Shown: positions 27,054-37,158 of the stretch, one piece after another
How positions within the stretch are numbered: position 1 is the first letter of the stretch
Layout: the number at the start of each line of letters is the position of its first letter
Assembly: GCA_963677745.1 (NCBI GenBank)
Contig: OY782391.1
Span: forward strand, 768,001-832,000
Source: Candidatus Altimarinota bacterium
Lineage (GTDB): Bacteria; Patescibacteriota; Gracilibacteria; UBA1369
Reading direction: 5' to 3'
DNA length: 64,000 nucleotides
Notes under the pieces: generated by a model
The model's database searches: none
Seen by the model: only the letters and a program-made list of their open reading frames with translations
Told to the model about the DNA's origin: nothing
Translations under genes and position numbers: made by a program

Positions 27054-29417
27054 ATGTCTGCCATCAAAAAGAAATTTTATTGTCTGGACATGTTCCCCTA
27101 TCCCTCCGGCTCCGGCCTGCACGTGGGGCACGTGGAAGGATATACCGCCTCCGACATTGTCAGCCGGCTGATGCGGATGAAGGGCTTTGATGTAATACAC
27201 CCCATGGGTTGGGACGCTTTTGGACTGCCCGCCGAAAACTATGCCATCAAGACCGGTGTTCATCCCAGCCAGACCACCGACACCGCCATTGCCAATTTTA
27301 AACAGCAGATGAACCGTGTCGGGCTTTCTTATGATTGGGAGCGTGAAATACAGACCAGCAAACCTGAATATTATAAATGGACACAATGGTTTTTCCTGCT
27401 TTTTTATAAAAACGGACTGGCCTACAAAAAGAAGGCCAAAGTCAACTGGTGCGACCATTGCATGACTGTGCTGGCCAATGAACAGGCCGAAGGAGGCGTC
27501 TGTGAACGATGCGGCAATCAGGTTGTCCAGAAAGACCTGGAACAGTGGTTTTTCCGCATTACCGATTTTATCGAGGATCAGAAATATGAAGGCCGCACCA
27601 TCAAAGGTCTTTTAAGCGGACTGTCGGATCTGGACTGGCCGGACTCCACCAAATCGGCACAGATCAACTGGATCGGCCGCAGTGAGGGGTCAATGGTCAC
27701 CTTCCCGGTCAAAGACAAAAAATCCATACTTTCAGAATTGGAAGTATTCACCACCCGTCCCGATACTTTATTCGGATGCACCTATATGGCCATCAATCCC
27801 GAGCATCCGATTTTGCAAAAATATGCCGGACAGATTGAAAATATTGCCGAAATCAAGGCTTACGCCAAAGAAGCACAATCCAAAACCGAGCTGGAAAGAA
27901 CCGATTTGAACAAGGAAAAAACCGGCGTGGAAATCCAGGGACTCACCGCCATTAATCCGGTCAACGGCAATGAAATAAAAATCTTTGTGGCCGATTATGT
28001 GCTTTCCACCTATGGAACCGGCGCAGTGATGGCCGTGCCGGCACACGATGAACGCGACTATGATTTTTGCAAAAAATACAAACTTGAGATGATCGAAGTG
28101 GTTAGCGGCGGAAATATCCAGAAAGAGGCCTACACGGAAAACGGCGTCATGGTTAATTCTCATTTTCTAAACGGACTGCAGTCTGACGAAGCCAAAACCG
28201 AAATGATCAAATGGCTGGAAAAAGGCGGTCATGGCAAAATGCATATCAACTACCGCCTGCGCGACTGGCTGATTTCACGTCAGCGTTACTGGGGCGCCCC
28301 CATCCCGATTATTTATTGTGATAAATGCGGCACCGTGCCGGTTCCCGAACTAGAGCTGCCGGTTTTGCTGCCGACAGATGTTGACTTCAAACCCACCGGC
28401 GAATCCCCGCTGGTCCATTCCAAAACCTTTCATGACGTCAAATGTCCGACTTGTGGCGCCGCCGCCCGCCGCGAAAGTGACACTATGGACACCTTTGCCT
28501 GCTCCTCCTGGTACTTCTTCCGCTTCCTCGATCCGCACAATGACCGTGAATTCGCTTCCCGCGCGGCCATCGAAGCCGGCCTGCCCGTGGATATCTACAT
28601 CGGCGGCGCCGAGCATTCCGTACTCCATCTCCTCTACGCCCGCTTCTTCACCAAAGTTCTCCAAAAATACGGTTACATCGATTTCAACGAACCTTTCCTC
28701 AAGCTCCGCCATCCCGGCACCATCCTGGCCGAAGACAATACCAAGATGAGCAAGTCCAAAGGCAACGTCATCAATCCCGACGACGTGGTTAAACAGTTCG
28801 GCGCGGACAGTCTCCGTCTCTACGAAATGTTCATGGGCGTTTTCAATGAGTCCAAGCCCTGGAACACCAAGAGCATCGTCGGGGTACGCCGCTTTCTGGA
28901 CAAGATTTTGGCCCTGGCCGACCGGGTCAGTGACAAAGTTGAACTGGATGCCCGCCATCAAAAGCTCACCTTCGAACTTCACCGATCCATCAAAAAAGTC
29001 GGTGATGATATCCGTGATTTCAAGTTTAATACGGCCGTTTCCCAGTTGATGATTTTGGTCAATGAATTTGCCAACCACAACGCCATCCCCCGCGACTATT
29101 TCGAGAAATTTCTTCTGATTCTGTCCCCTCTTGCCTCCTTTACTGCCCAGGAATTGTGGCAAAAACTCGGATATGGCGATTCCATCCATGAACAGTCCTG
29201 GCCCGAATATGACCAGTCCCTGCTGCTTCAGGAGGATGTCACGCTCTCGGTGCAGGTGAACGGTAAATTGCGCGGGGTGATTCAGATACCGCGTGATGCC
29301 GCCGAAGCGGAGGTTCTGAAAATTGCCCAGGAAGATCCGGCCATCGGCAAATACCTCGCTGACGGTTATAAAAAGCATATCTACATACCCAACAGAATCC
29401 TCAATTTTGTTGTTTAA
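27054..29417 (+). CDS. leuS: Leucine--tRNA ligase
   Basis: MFPYPSG-GLHVGH, GWDAFGLPAEN, FTTRPDT, RLRDWLISRQRYWG, KMSKS and QVNGKLR motifs. Confidence 0.98.
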   Translation: MSAIKKKFYCLDMFPYPSGSGLHVGHVEGYTASDIVSRLMRMKGFDVIHPMGWDAFGLPAENYAIKTGVHPSQTTDTAIANFKQQMNRVGLSYDWEREIQTSKPEYYKWTQWFFLLFYKNGLAYKKKAKVNWCDHCMTVLANEQAEGGVCERCGNQVVQKDLEQWFFRITDFIEDQKYEGRTIKGLLSGLSDLDWPDSTKSAQINWIGRSEGSMVTFPVKDKKSILSELEVFTTRPDTLFGCTYMAINPEHPILQKYAGQIENIAEIKAYAKEAQSKTELERTDLNKEKTGVEIQGLTAINPVNGNEIKIFVADYVLSTYGTGAVMAVPAHDERDYDFCKKYKLEMIEVVSGGNIQKEAYTENGVMVNSHFLNGLQSDEAKTEMIKWLEKGGHGKMHINYRLRDWLISRQRYWGAPIPIIYCDKCGTVPVPELELPVLLPTDVDFKPTGESPLVHSKTFHDVKCPTCGAAARRESDTMDTFACSSWYFFRFLDPHNDREFASRAAIEAGLPVDIYIGGAEHSVLHLLYARFFTKVLQKYGYIDFNEPFLKLRHPGTILAEDNTKMSKSKGNVINPDDVVKQFGADSLRLYEMFMGVFNESKPWNTKSIVGVRRFLDKILALADRVSDKVELDARHQKLTFELHRSIKKVGDDIRDFKFNTAVSQLMILVNEFANHNAIPRDYFEKFLLILSPLASFTAQELWQKLGYGDSIHEQSWPEYDQSLLLQEDVTLSVQVNGKLRGVIQIPRDAAEAEVLKIAQEDPAIGKYLADGYKKHIYIPNRILNFVV

Positions 29418-29536
29418 TCAAGCATTTTAGGCCTTTCCAGCGGTCAGGGGCCGCTCCATTCAGCTTGTCAGTAAAGGCGTTGACAAGAAAGCTAAAAGGT
29501 GGTTAAATAAGCTCTTGGTTGTTTTTTAAATTAAAT

Positions 29537-30805
29537 ATGGATATTCCCAAGTATACATATAGCGAGCTGGCAGAGCTGAAAGAAAGGCAGGAGCAAAATC
29601 AGCGCCGTAAAGATAAAATGATTAAGGAAATCCTTGAGGGGAACCCCACCTTCAGAGAGATGCAGTCCCGTGTCCGCGGTCATTTTGAACAGTTGCTGAA
29701 ATACCGTGCCGATAATTTATATTGGATTTTTCTCAGCGCCAATGTGTCCTTAAAAGTAAAACGGGTACTGGATTCGACCGAAAAACTCAAAGCTCCGAAT
29801 CAGGAAAACTTCGATCAAACTGTTCAGGTAATCGATTACCGTGACATTGAAACTATTTTTTCCGAATTTGATACAAGCAGTCTGATGTCTTTACTGTCCC
29901 CCCATCTTCATTCCGACAATAAAAACACCGCAATAGGTTATGATGTCTGTAATAATTTACTGGATTGGAAAGACCCAAAACACAAACTCACTTTTACGGT
30001 CAACCTGTTATTTTTGATTATGTCGCTTATATATTTTTCCGACAGGTCAGGCGCGTTCGGACACCGGTTAACCAACATAGATTTTTCTCCGGCCACTGAC
30101 CTTATCAGCGGAGGAGCATTATTAATGGAGACTCTGCTTTTTGCCCTCGGGCTTTATGTCATTTATTCAAAATACAAATATCATCCGGAACAAAATATTT
30201 TCAATCTATTGGAAGGCAAGGCCAAGCACGCTCCTGAAATGGTCAAATTGCTGCCGAAATTGCAGAAAGCGGCAGGATTCTTACAGGAGAGCAGCCAATC
30301 CAAACGTGATGACGCGCAGCTCCGTGAAACCGTTGCCGAAGTTGCGGAAGCTTTGGTGGAATTGGAGGAATTCCTCTGCACCGAAAAAGTCACTCCCAAA
30401 ATTGTTGATCTTGGAGCCTATCGGGGTCTGCATTTAGCCGAGCAGCCGGGAGGTTCGGAAAATGACCCGGGAGACATAATCAAGCAGGTCAGACTTGGCA
30501 CTGAATCCCTTCGCAGAAAGAACAGGGTCAGAAATTGGAGTCCTCTTCGTACCGGTCAAAAGAAACAAGATGACACAAAGGCTTTACAGACTTTCTCCGA
30601 AAAAATTATTGATGCCGAATTGGAAGAATCACCGGTAGACCGCTCTGTTTTGGCTCAAAAGCCCAGGCTGAGAGTGGCGATTTCACCAGAATCTTCTTCC
30701 AGCCAGGTGATTGCCGAAATGGAAAATGATGAGGCGGAATTGGAACAGGAACAGCACAGTCCCGTCCAGAGTTCTCCGGTTGACTTTGCCGCCGGGAAAT
30801 CCTAA
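29537..30805 (+). CDS. Hypothetical membrane protein (two TM helices)
   Basis: Long ORF with two central hydrophobic segments; TTGACA promoter at 29480. Confidence 0.65.
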   Translation: MDIPKYTYSELAELKERQEQNQRRKDKMIKEILEGNPTFREMQSRVRGHFEQLLKYRADNLYWIFLSANVSLKVKRVLDSTEKLKAPNQENFDQTVQVIDYRDIETIFSEFDTSSLMSLLSPHLHSDNKNTAIGYDVCNNLLDWKDPKHKLTFTVNLLFLIMSLIYFSDRSGAFGHRLTNIDFSPATDLISGGALLMETLLFALGLYVIYSKYKYHPEQNIFNLLEGKAKHAPEMVKLLPKLQKAAGFLQESSQSKRDDAQLRETVAEVAEALVELEEFLCTEKVTPKIVDLGAYRGLHLAEQPGGSENDPGDIIKQVRLGTESLRRKNRVRNWSPLRTGQKKQDDTKALQTFSEKIIDAELEESPVDRSVLAQKPRLRVAISPESSSSQVIAEMENDEAELEQEQHSPVQSSPVDFAAGKS

Positions 30806-30838
30806 CATTTCACCTCCTTTGTTACCCTATCTTTTATT

Positions 30839-31759
30839 ATGGGATCCGAAAAACAACTTTATCATGTTCAGAGCGCGGGTGAAAAAACCCTTCTGCTGAA
30901 AGATCATTTACCCGATCTCAATCTGATTTCAGCAGTCCGTCATCTTTCTGAATTTTCGCAGGAAGATTTAATCAAATTAAAAGCGGGAGCCTTTGGCAGT
31001 CTGGCTTTTGATGTTGTCTTCAGCCCCGGCATTATTCCCAAAAAACGGGAACCGGAATATCGGCAGGCCTACTGTCATTTTTTCCGTGAACAATATGGTA
31101 TGGAATTGTTTGATCAGGAAGATTTATTTGTTTTCCCCAAAGAAGAGGACTTTTATTTTCAGCATCCCCAGGCCGGTCCCAATGAAGAAAGTTTTTTGAG
31201 AGAATGGGTAGCCAACCTGCGGGCCGTGGCCATGCTGCTGCGGCGTTACAGACCGATGGAAAACACCCCGGCCACCATCACCAACAATCTGATCGAAGCA
31301 GCTCTCTGCCGCATGGCCGAAAACGGTGAAGAATGGCCTGCCGATTTAATCTATGCGCTCCCCTATCCAATGCAGGAAAGGTTGGACACTCTGAGGAGTG
31401 AGGTCAAGCGTGAAACGTCAGCCGGCCGCAATCTTGCTCCCGGTCAATTTTTCCAGATGGCCAATCAACTGGAATTCAGGGAAAGAGAATTTATGCGCCA
31501 GAGCACCCATCAACGCGTGGATATGGTAATTACCGAAATTCAGGGTCATCAGACTTTGCTTCCCCCCGAGCCTGGCACCGGGCTGCGTTTTGATCTCGGC
31601 GTCGACTGGCACAATCCCACGCCGCGCCAATTCCGTCAGGTCAATTTGTCCTCCATTATGCATAACCTCGAGCAGGCCCAAAGATGGGCAGATTTATTGC
31701 TTGGCCTGAAAAAAAACAGCAACCCCCAGGCACTTCCTGATACCACGCGTTCCGTCTAA
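30839..31759 (+). CDS. Hypothetical protein
   Basis: 306 aa ORF; no motif recognised. Confidence 0.65.
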   Translation: MGSEKQLYHVQSAGEKTLLLKDHLPDLNLISAVRHLSEFSQEDLIKLKAGAFGSLAFDVVFSPGIIPKKREPEYRQAYCHFFREQYGMELFDQEDLFVFPKEEDFYFQHPQAGPNEESFLREWVANLRAVAMLLRRYRPMENTPATITNNLIEAALCRMAENGEEWPADLIYALPYPMQERLDTLRSEVKRETSAGRNLAPGQFFQMANQLEFREREFMRQSTHQRVDMVITEIQGHQTLLPPEPGTGLRFDLGVDWHNPTPRQFRQVNLSSIMHNLEQAQRWADLLLGLKKNSNPQALPDTTRSV

Positions 31760-31788
31760 GAAATTTCTCCGGGACCTTTTCCGCAGCT

Positions 31789-31828
31789 TGCGACTTTCGC
31801 AAACGTAAGAAAATCTTACTTTTACGAA
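31789..31828 (+). repeat. 40-bp palindromic intergenic element, copy 2
   Basis: TGCGACTTTCGCAAACGTAAGAAAATCTTACTTTTACGAA. Confidence 0.8.
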
Positions 31829-31919
31829 CACCAACATTGCCCTCACGCCCTCTCCCCTCTTCCACCATCCTGTCCGGCGTGTTATCATTATCGCCGACCC
31901 TCTGTTACAAATATTTCTC

Positions 31920-33005
31920 ATGCAAGAACACAAAGACAAACTGGCTACTATCAGTGCAGAAATTGAACACGCTCTGGAAAAGATTGATCTGGAAAAAATG
32001 CGCGCCCAGATGGCCGAGCTCACCACCGAAACCGAAAAACCCGATTTCTGGAATGACCCGGAAACCGCCAAGGCAAGCAGTAAACAACTGGCGGCTTTGC
32101 AAAAAGAATTTAACGACTGGGAGAAACTCGGCACGGATTGTGCCTACCTGAAAGAGCTCTCTCCCACCATCAATATGGATGAGGATCCGGCTACCGGTGA
32201 GGAATTCAAAAAGCTGGTGGACGATCTGGAAAAACACTGGCGCAAACTGGAAGTGAAAACTTTTCTGGGCGGCAAATATGATCAAGGGGACGCGATCCTG
32301 TCCATTCATGCCGGCACCGGTGGCAAGGATGCCATGGATTTTGTCGGTATGCTGCTTAGAATGTATCTGCGCTGGGCCGAGGAACAGGGCTATTCAACTG
32401 AAATCCTGGAACGTTCCGACGGGGAAGAAGTCGGTATCAAATCGGTTACCGTCAGCGTGGTCGGACCTTTCGCCTACGGTTATTTGCGTTGCGAAAAAGG
32501 CGTGCACCGCCTGGTGCGGAATTCTCCCTTCAACGCCAAGAACTCGCGCGAAACAAGTTTCGCGCTCGTTGAAGTAATGCCCGACGTCGACGTCAGCCAT
32601 CAGGCCAAAATCAACAAAGACGACCTGAAAGTGGACACTTTCCGTTCCGGTGGGGCCGGTGGGCAGAATGTCAATAAAGTTTCCAGCGCCGTGCGCATCA
32701 CCCATCTGCCCACCGGCCTGGTGGTCGCCTGCCAGACTGAACGCTCCCAACTCCAGAACAAAGACCGTGCCATGAAAATACTCACCGCCAAACTGGTTGA
32801 TCTGGCCGAAAAACAGCAGGTGCAGGAACTGTCCAAACTCAAGGGAGAACCTGTACAAATGAGTTGGGGTAATCAGATCCGTTCCTACGTATTGCATCCT
32901 TACACCATGGTCAAAGATCACCGCACCGACCACGAGGAGCACGACGTTAACGCCATTCTGGATGGCGCCATCGACGGTTTTATCGAAGCGGAACTGAAAA
33001 AGTAA
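31920..33005 (+). CDS. prfB: Peptide chain release factor 2 (no programmed frameshift)
   Basis: GVHRLVRNSPF (SPF motif), GGQNVNK and WGNQIRSYV; single continuous ORF. Confidence 0.97.
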   Translation: MQEHKDKLATISAEIEHALEKIDLEKMRAQMAELTTETEKPDFWNDPETAKASSKQLAALQKEFNDWEKLGTDCAYLKELSPTINMDEDPATGEEFKKLVDDLEKHWRKLEVKTFLGGKYDQGDAILSIHAGTGGKDAMDFVGMLLRMYLRWAEEQGYSTEILERSDGEEVGIKSVTVSVVGPFAYGYLRCEKGVHRLVRNSPFNAKNSRETSFALVEVMPDVDVSHQAKINKDDLKVDTFRSGGAGGQNVNKVSSAVRITHLPTGLVVACQTERSQLQNKDRAMKILTAKLVDLAEKQQVQELSKLKGEPVQMSWGNQIRSYVLHPYTMVKDHRTDHEEHDVNAILDGAIDGFIEAELKK

Positions 33006-33015
33006 AACCCGGCAA

Positions 33016-33807
33016 TTATTCGCACACCGGCAGCATGAACGATCTTGCCCACATCAGCTTTTTCGGATGGACTGGATCTTTTATCCCGATTTGTGCCAGC
33101 AGGGAAGCTTCCGTTTTTTTATCCTGGCAATTATAATAAAAATACATGATTGATGGATCTTTTTCGTCCATCGTCCTAGCTCTGTAATTCAAACCCTCCG
33201 GTACAATCAGACGAAAAGCGTTGGCGCCGACATTTGGGTTAATGATCTTCACCGCCACCAGCAGTTCTTTTTGGTCGGTTCTGGTAATTCTTTCCCGGAC
33301 GGGCCGCCATCTAAATTGGCTGCCTGTGGAAGAGTCAGGAGTTTCCTGGGGAAGCAGAAAAACCGCCTTGGCCTGAAGTTCCGCCCGGCCGGTTTCAAAA
33401 TCAAAATCCTTCGCTGTGGCTTTGATTTTATGGATTTGGAGTGCATTTTTCAGATCCTGATTGGAGCGGATTGTTTCGGGGATATCCGTATTATCGGATG
33501 ATTCCGCGGAAGCGCTGCCGGACGGAACGCCGCTGGCTTCGGTTTGTGTCACACCTGCGGAAGAATCCGGGGCAAACGGGAATTTCTTATTGATATATTG
33601 ATAACCCAATGTGGCGATTGATCCTCCAGTGGCCAGGCTGATACACATCACGGCAATCACGCTGCAACCGACGCCTTTCCGCGTTTCCTGGATTTCGGTG
33701 CCGGGGATTTCAATTTTATCCGATTTAATCCTGATGGTCGGGGCAAATTCCATCGAATCTGGAGGTGTAGCGAGGGTTTTTTGCTCCGAATTGTGCTTTT
33801 CAGTCAT
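33016..33807 (-). CDS. Hypothetical single-TM protein
   Basis: One hydrophobic segment followed by a Ser/Ala-rich linker and a C-terminal domain. Confidence 0.6.
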   Translation of the reverse strand: MTEKHNSEQKTLATPPDSMEFAPTIRIKSDKIEIPGTEIQETRKGVGCSVIAVMCISLATGGSIATLGYQYINKKFPFAPDSSAGVTQTEASGVPSGSASAESSDNTDIPETIRSNQDLKNALQIHKIKATAKDFDFETGRAELQAKAVFLLPQETPDSSTGSQFRWRPVRERITRTDQKELLVAVKIINPNVGANAFRLIVPEGLNYRARTMDEKDPSIMYFYYNCQDKKTEASLLAQIGIKDPVHPKKLMWARSFMLPVCE

Positions 33808-33958
33808 ACTAATATTGTTTACATTTTCTGTAATTCATTACTTAAAAGACAGTTTCGGCCGAATAATTACAGAGAAAAGTGATTATGCCAAATTTTTATG
33901 GGCGTGTTTGACTACCCATTGCCCCTATTGTATCATTCCACCTTCATTATAAATTTAT

Positions 33959-34690
33959 ATGGCCGGTTTGAAAACGTTACCCGACGAACTGCCCCTGGAG
34001 ACCGACGAATACCAGATGGATCGCTATCTGCTGGATCTGGTCGATCTGACCACGGAACGAATTTGCGAGCGCGCCAATGCCATTGTCCCACCGGAGGCGG
34101 TTGATTATATCGGCCGGGAAAGATCCGCCATGAACGAAAAGATCCACGTAATCAGTGAACTGGGTTTTCAGATGAGAAACTGTTTTGCCAAATCCCTTGA
34201 CCGCGAAAAACTGAATGAATCTATCAGAACTCTGGTTTCTGCTTCCTCCAATCCCGCCCAAAGCATGGCAATAATTTCCCGCATGTGGAAACATTTGGCC
34301 TATAACGGTAACATCCCTTTCAAACCGAAATGGAATTTTATGGAATCTCCCTGCTTTTACCCGGTTTTGGCCGATTACGCCCGCCAGCAGAATTTATCGC
34401 CACTAAGTGTGGCCGAAGACAGTGAATTATGCTTCGACATCAGGACCTGGAAAGACGGCACATCGCCGGAACGGATTTTAAAAAAGCTTGATGCGGAAAT
34501 CCGGAAAACGGAACAGGCGGATGCAACAGCTGAACGTGCTTTAAACACTCCTGCCCGCCGCCAAAGAAGGCACCGGAGTCGTATGCGCGAACACATGGTT
34601 TCCAGGGTTTACATCAAACGCCTGCTGGAAATAAGAGCCTTCCTCGAAAAACTCTTTCAGAAAAAAGACCAGGTCTCTGACCATCGTTAA
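33959..34690 (+). CDS. Hypothetical protein, tandem paralog A
   Basis: LPDELPLE...VPPEAV..IG.ER.AMNEKI shared with the next ORF. Confidence 0.75.
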   Translation: MAGLKTLPDELPLETDEYQMDRYLLDLVDLTTERICERANAIVPPEAVDYIGRERSAMNEKIHVISELGFQMRNCFAKSLDREKLNESIRTLVSASSNPAQSMAIISRMWKHLAYNGNIPFKPKWNFMESPCFYPVLADYARQQNLSPLSVAEDSELCFDIRTWKDGTSPERILKKLDAEIRKTEQADATAERALNTPARRQRRHRSRMREHMVSRVYIKRLLEIRAFLEKLFQKKDQVSDHR

Positions 34691-34723
34691 ATTGTTTTAC
34701 ATAATCCTTTACTCATAATTTAT

Positions 34724-35506
34724 ATGGCCGATTTGAACAAATTGCCCGACGAACTTCCCCTGGAAGTGGACAATCATCAGGTGGAACAATATATCTTACA
34801 GCTGGCCGAACTTACCACAGATCATATCCGGCGCAGGCCGAACTCTCTGGTTCCTCCAGAGGCGGTAGAATTTATTGGGAAAGAGCGCGTGGCAATGAAT
34901 GAAAAAATCAACGCGATAGTCCAAATGTCTTTTCAAATGCAGGAAGCAATACGCGAAACCGGCAAAACAGAAACTTTATGCGAACAGGCGTTGCCGGGCC
35001 CGGATGAGAAGATCGGGGACGCCAATCCCAGGATAATAAAACTCAACGAAATGATCAGATCTTTGGTATCTTTTTCAGTTGATCCGGCCTTAAGCATGTC
35101 CTTAATCTCCCGGCTCTGGAAATATCAAAAAGTGACGATGGAAACACCCTATGACCCGAAGGAATATCGCCTGAGTCCGTCGACTTTTCATATGAATCTG
35201 GAAAGATACGCCCGTGAGCGCAATCTGCCGCCGTTTACCGAAAACGAAAAATTCCAGCTGTTCTCCGCAATCAAAGACTGGAAACTGGGCAAGCCTCCTG
35301 AACAAATTTTAAAAATGCTCGGCTACTCAATCGATGCCGCTTCCCACCGTGCGAGCTTCCCCACCCGTGCTTCCCGTGAATATGCCCGTAACCGTGGCAT
35401 TAATCGTGCCGCTCTCAGCGAAAACGTCTATCGTCTGAGGGAGATTGAGACTTTTCTCAAAGATCTGTTCCGGCAAAAAAAAGATCCACCCGTCTCCCCT
35501 TCTTAA
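34724..35506 (+). CDS. Hypothetical protein, tandem paralog B
   Basis: Clear end-to-end similarity to 33959..34690. Confidence 0.75.
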   Translation: MADLNKLPDELPLEVDNHQVEQYILQLAELTTDHIRRRPNSLVPPEAVEFIGKERVAMNEKINAIVQMSFQMQEAIRETGKTETLCEQALPGPDEKIGDANPRIIKLNEMIRSLVSFSVDPALSMSLISRLWKYQKVTMETPYDPKEYRLSPSTFHMNLERYARERNLPPFTENEKFQLFSAIKDWKLGKPPEQILKMLGYSIDAASHRASFPTRASREYARNRGINRAALSENVYRLREIETFLKDLFRQKKDPPVSPS

Positions 35507-35520
35507 CAGCACCGGCGACA

Positions 35521-35560
35521 ATCGTAAAGGTAAGAAAATCTTACGTTTACCTAAACCGCA
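35521..35560 (-). repeat. 40-bp palindromic intergenic element, copy 3 (inverted)
   Basis: Reverse complement reads TGCGGTTTAGGTAAACGTAAGATTTTCTTACCTTTACGAT. Confidence 0.75.
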
Positions 35561-35596
35561 GGTGCCACTCGGCACCCCCAAAAATAGAATGCTTTT

Positions 35597-35833
35597 TTAT
35601 CCGTTCTTTTCCACCTTGATTATCCGCACCGGGCAGGCTTCGGCGGCCTGGACGTTGGCACGGTGGTCATGTTCCTGAATTTCCAGTACGTCACATTTCC
35701 CTTTGTGTTCGCCGCCGATTAATTCGGCGCGGCCGGTTTTCATGTTCATCCGCCAATGCCCCGGGGCAATCAGGCAGCAGGAATTACAGCCAATGCAGTT
35801 TTCCGGATAATGTATTACTTTAATTTTGGCCAT
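35597..35833 (-). CDS. Ferredoxin (single cluster)
   Basis: CIGCNSC...AAEACPV. Confidence 0.9.
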   Translation of the reverse strand: MAKIKVIHYPENCIGCNSCCLIAPGHWRMNMKTGRAELIGGEHKGKCDVLEIQEHDHRANVQAAEACPVRIIKVEKNG

Positions 35834-35847
35834 GATTAACTTTCAAT

Positions 35848-37152
35848 TTATTTATAATTTACCCGCTCGGTGATTATGTAAATCTTATCGTTCAGACGGA
35901 CTTTTTCAGCCAGGGGAATAGTCACGACGGTATTTTTTTCAGCCGTTTTCAAAGTCACCCCGTCCTTTATGATTTTGCTGACAACGCCTCGCACCACTCC
36001 GGTCTGCCGTCCGACAAACATCAGCCGGTCGCCCAGTTTCAGCCGGGAGCTTTGCAGCTTGATTTCAGCAACTTTGGCCTTTGGATAATAATGGACGACC
36101 ACACCCAGATGGGTTTTCTCCTCGGTAGCCTGACTACCCGAACTTCTGGCCCACTCGGGCAGCGGTTTGCCCATATAATATCCTTCGGCAAAGCCGCGAT
36201 TATAAACGGATTTCAGGCGCTTCATCAGCTTATTGATCAGGGCCGCGCCGAACTTTCCAGCGGCAATTGCGTCGACCGCCTCCCGGTACACTCCCACCAC
36301 CACGCTCACATACTCGGGCGCGCGGCCCCTTCCCTCGATTTTAAAAACGTCAATCCCCGCCTCCGCCAGTTTGTCCAGAAAAGGCAGGGTGCACAAATCG
36401 GCGGGACTTAAAACAAATCCGTCCTGCACCACAAATTCGGCCTGGGTTTCCTCATCAATAATCCGGTATTTTTTGCGGCATTCCTGCAGACAGGCACCCC
36501 GCTGCGCGGAGGTATTGCTCTGGATCAGGCTCATCTGGCAGCGTCCGCTCTGGGCTATACAAAGGGCTCCGTGCACGAACGCTTCAATCTTGACCGGTTT
36601 GCCGGAAGGCCCGCACACTTTTTCTTCGCGGACACCTTTTACAATCGACTCAATCATTTTCAGATCCAGCTCGCGGGCCAGCACAATCGTATCGGCAAAT
36701 TGTGCATAAAATTTTACGCTTTCCAGATTGGAAATCGACAGCTGGGTTGAGGCCTGTACCGATACTCCCTTGCTGCGCGCATAAAGTACCGCTGCCATAT
36801 CCTGCGCAATCACGGCGCTGATACCGGCTTTTGCGGCCGCATCGACAATCCGCCGCATCAAAGTCATGTCGTGCGGGTAGAGCAGAGTGTTCAGGGTGAG
36901 ATAGGATTTGACTCCGGCTTTTCGGCAAATCTTTGCCACCTCCGGCAAATCCTCCAGACAAAAATTATTGGCCGAACGGGCCCGCATATTCAGATGCTGC
37001 ACCCCGAAATAAACGCTGTCGGCGCCGGCCTTAATCGCTGCGGCCAATGATTCAAATGATCCGGCCGGCGCCATAATCTCCGGCTTTTTCAACTTCTGCC
37101 CGGCGGACTTGCGCGACCTGGCCGATCTGCGCGGCTTGGTAATTTTTTTCAT
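35848..37152 (-). CDS. U32-family protein (TrhP/RlhA-like Fe-S hydroxylase)
   Basis: PEIMAPAG, GADSVY, ARELDL, FVHGALC...SGRC, RGACLQECR and KIEGR motifs. Confidence 0.9.
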   Translation of the reverse strand: MKKITKPRRSARSRKSAGQKLKKPEIMAPAGSFESLAAAIKAGADSVYFGVQHLNMRARSANNFCLEDLPEVAKICRKAGVKSYLTLNTLLYPHDMTLMRRIVDAAAKAGISAVIAQDMAAVLYARSKGVSVQASTQLSISNLESVKFYAQFADTIVLARELDLKMIESIVKGVREEKVCGPSGKPVKIEAFVHGALCIAQSGRCQMSLIQSNTSAQRGACLQECRKKYRIIDEETQAEFVVQDGFVLSPADLCTLPFLDKLAEAGIDVFKIEGRGRAPEYVSVVVGVYREAVDAIAAGKFGAALINKLMKRLKSVYNRGFAEGYYMGKPLPEWARSSGSQATEEKTHLGVVVHYYPKAKVAEIKLQSSRLKLGDRLMFVGRQTGVVRGVVSKIIKDGVTLKTAEKNTVVTIPLAEKVRLNDKIYIITERVNYK

Positions 37153-37158
37153 TCCCAG

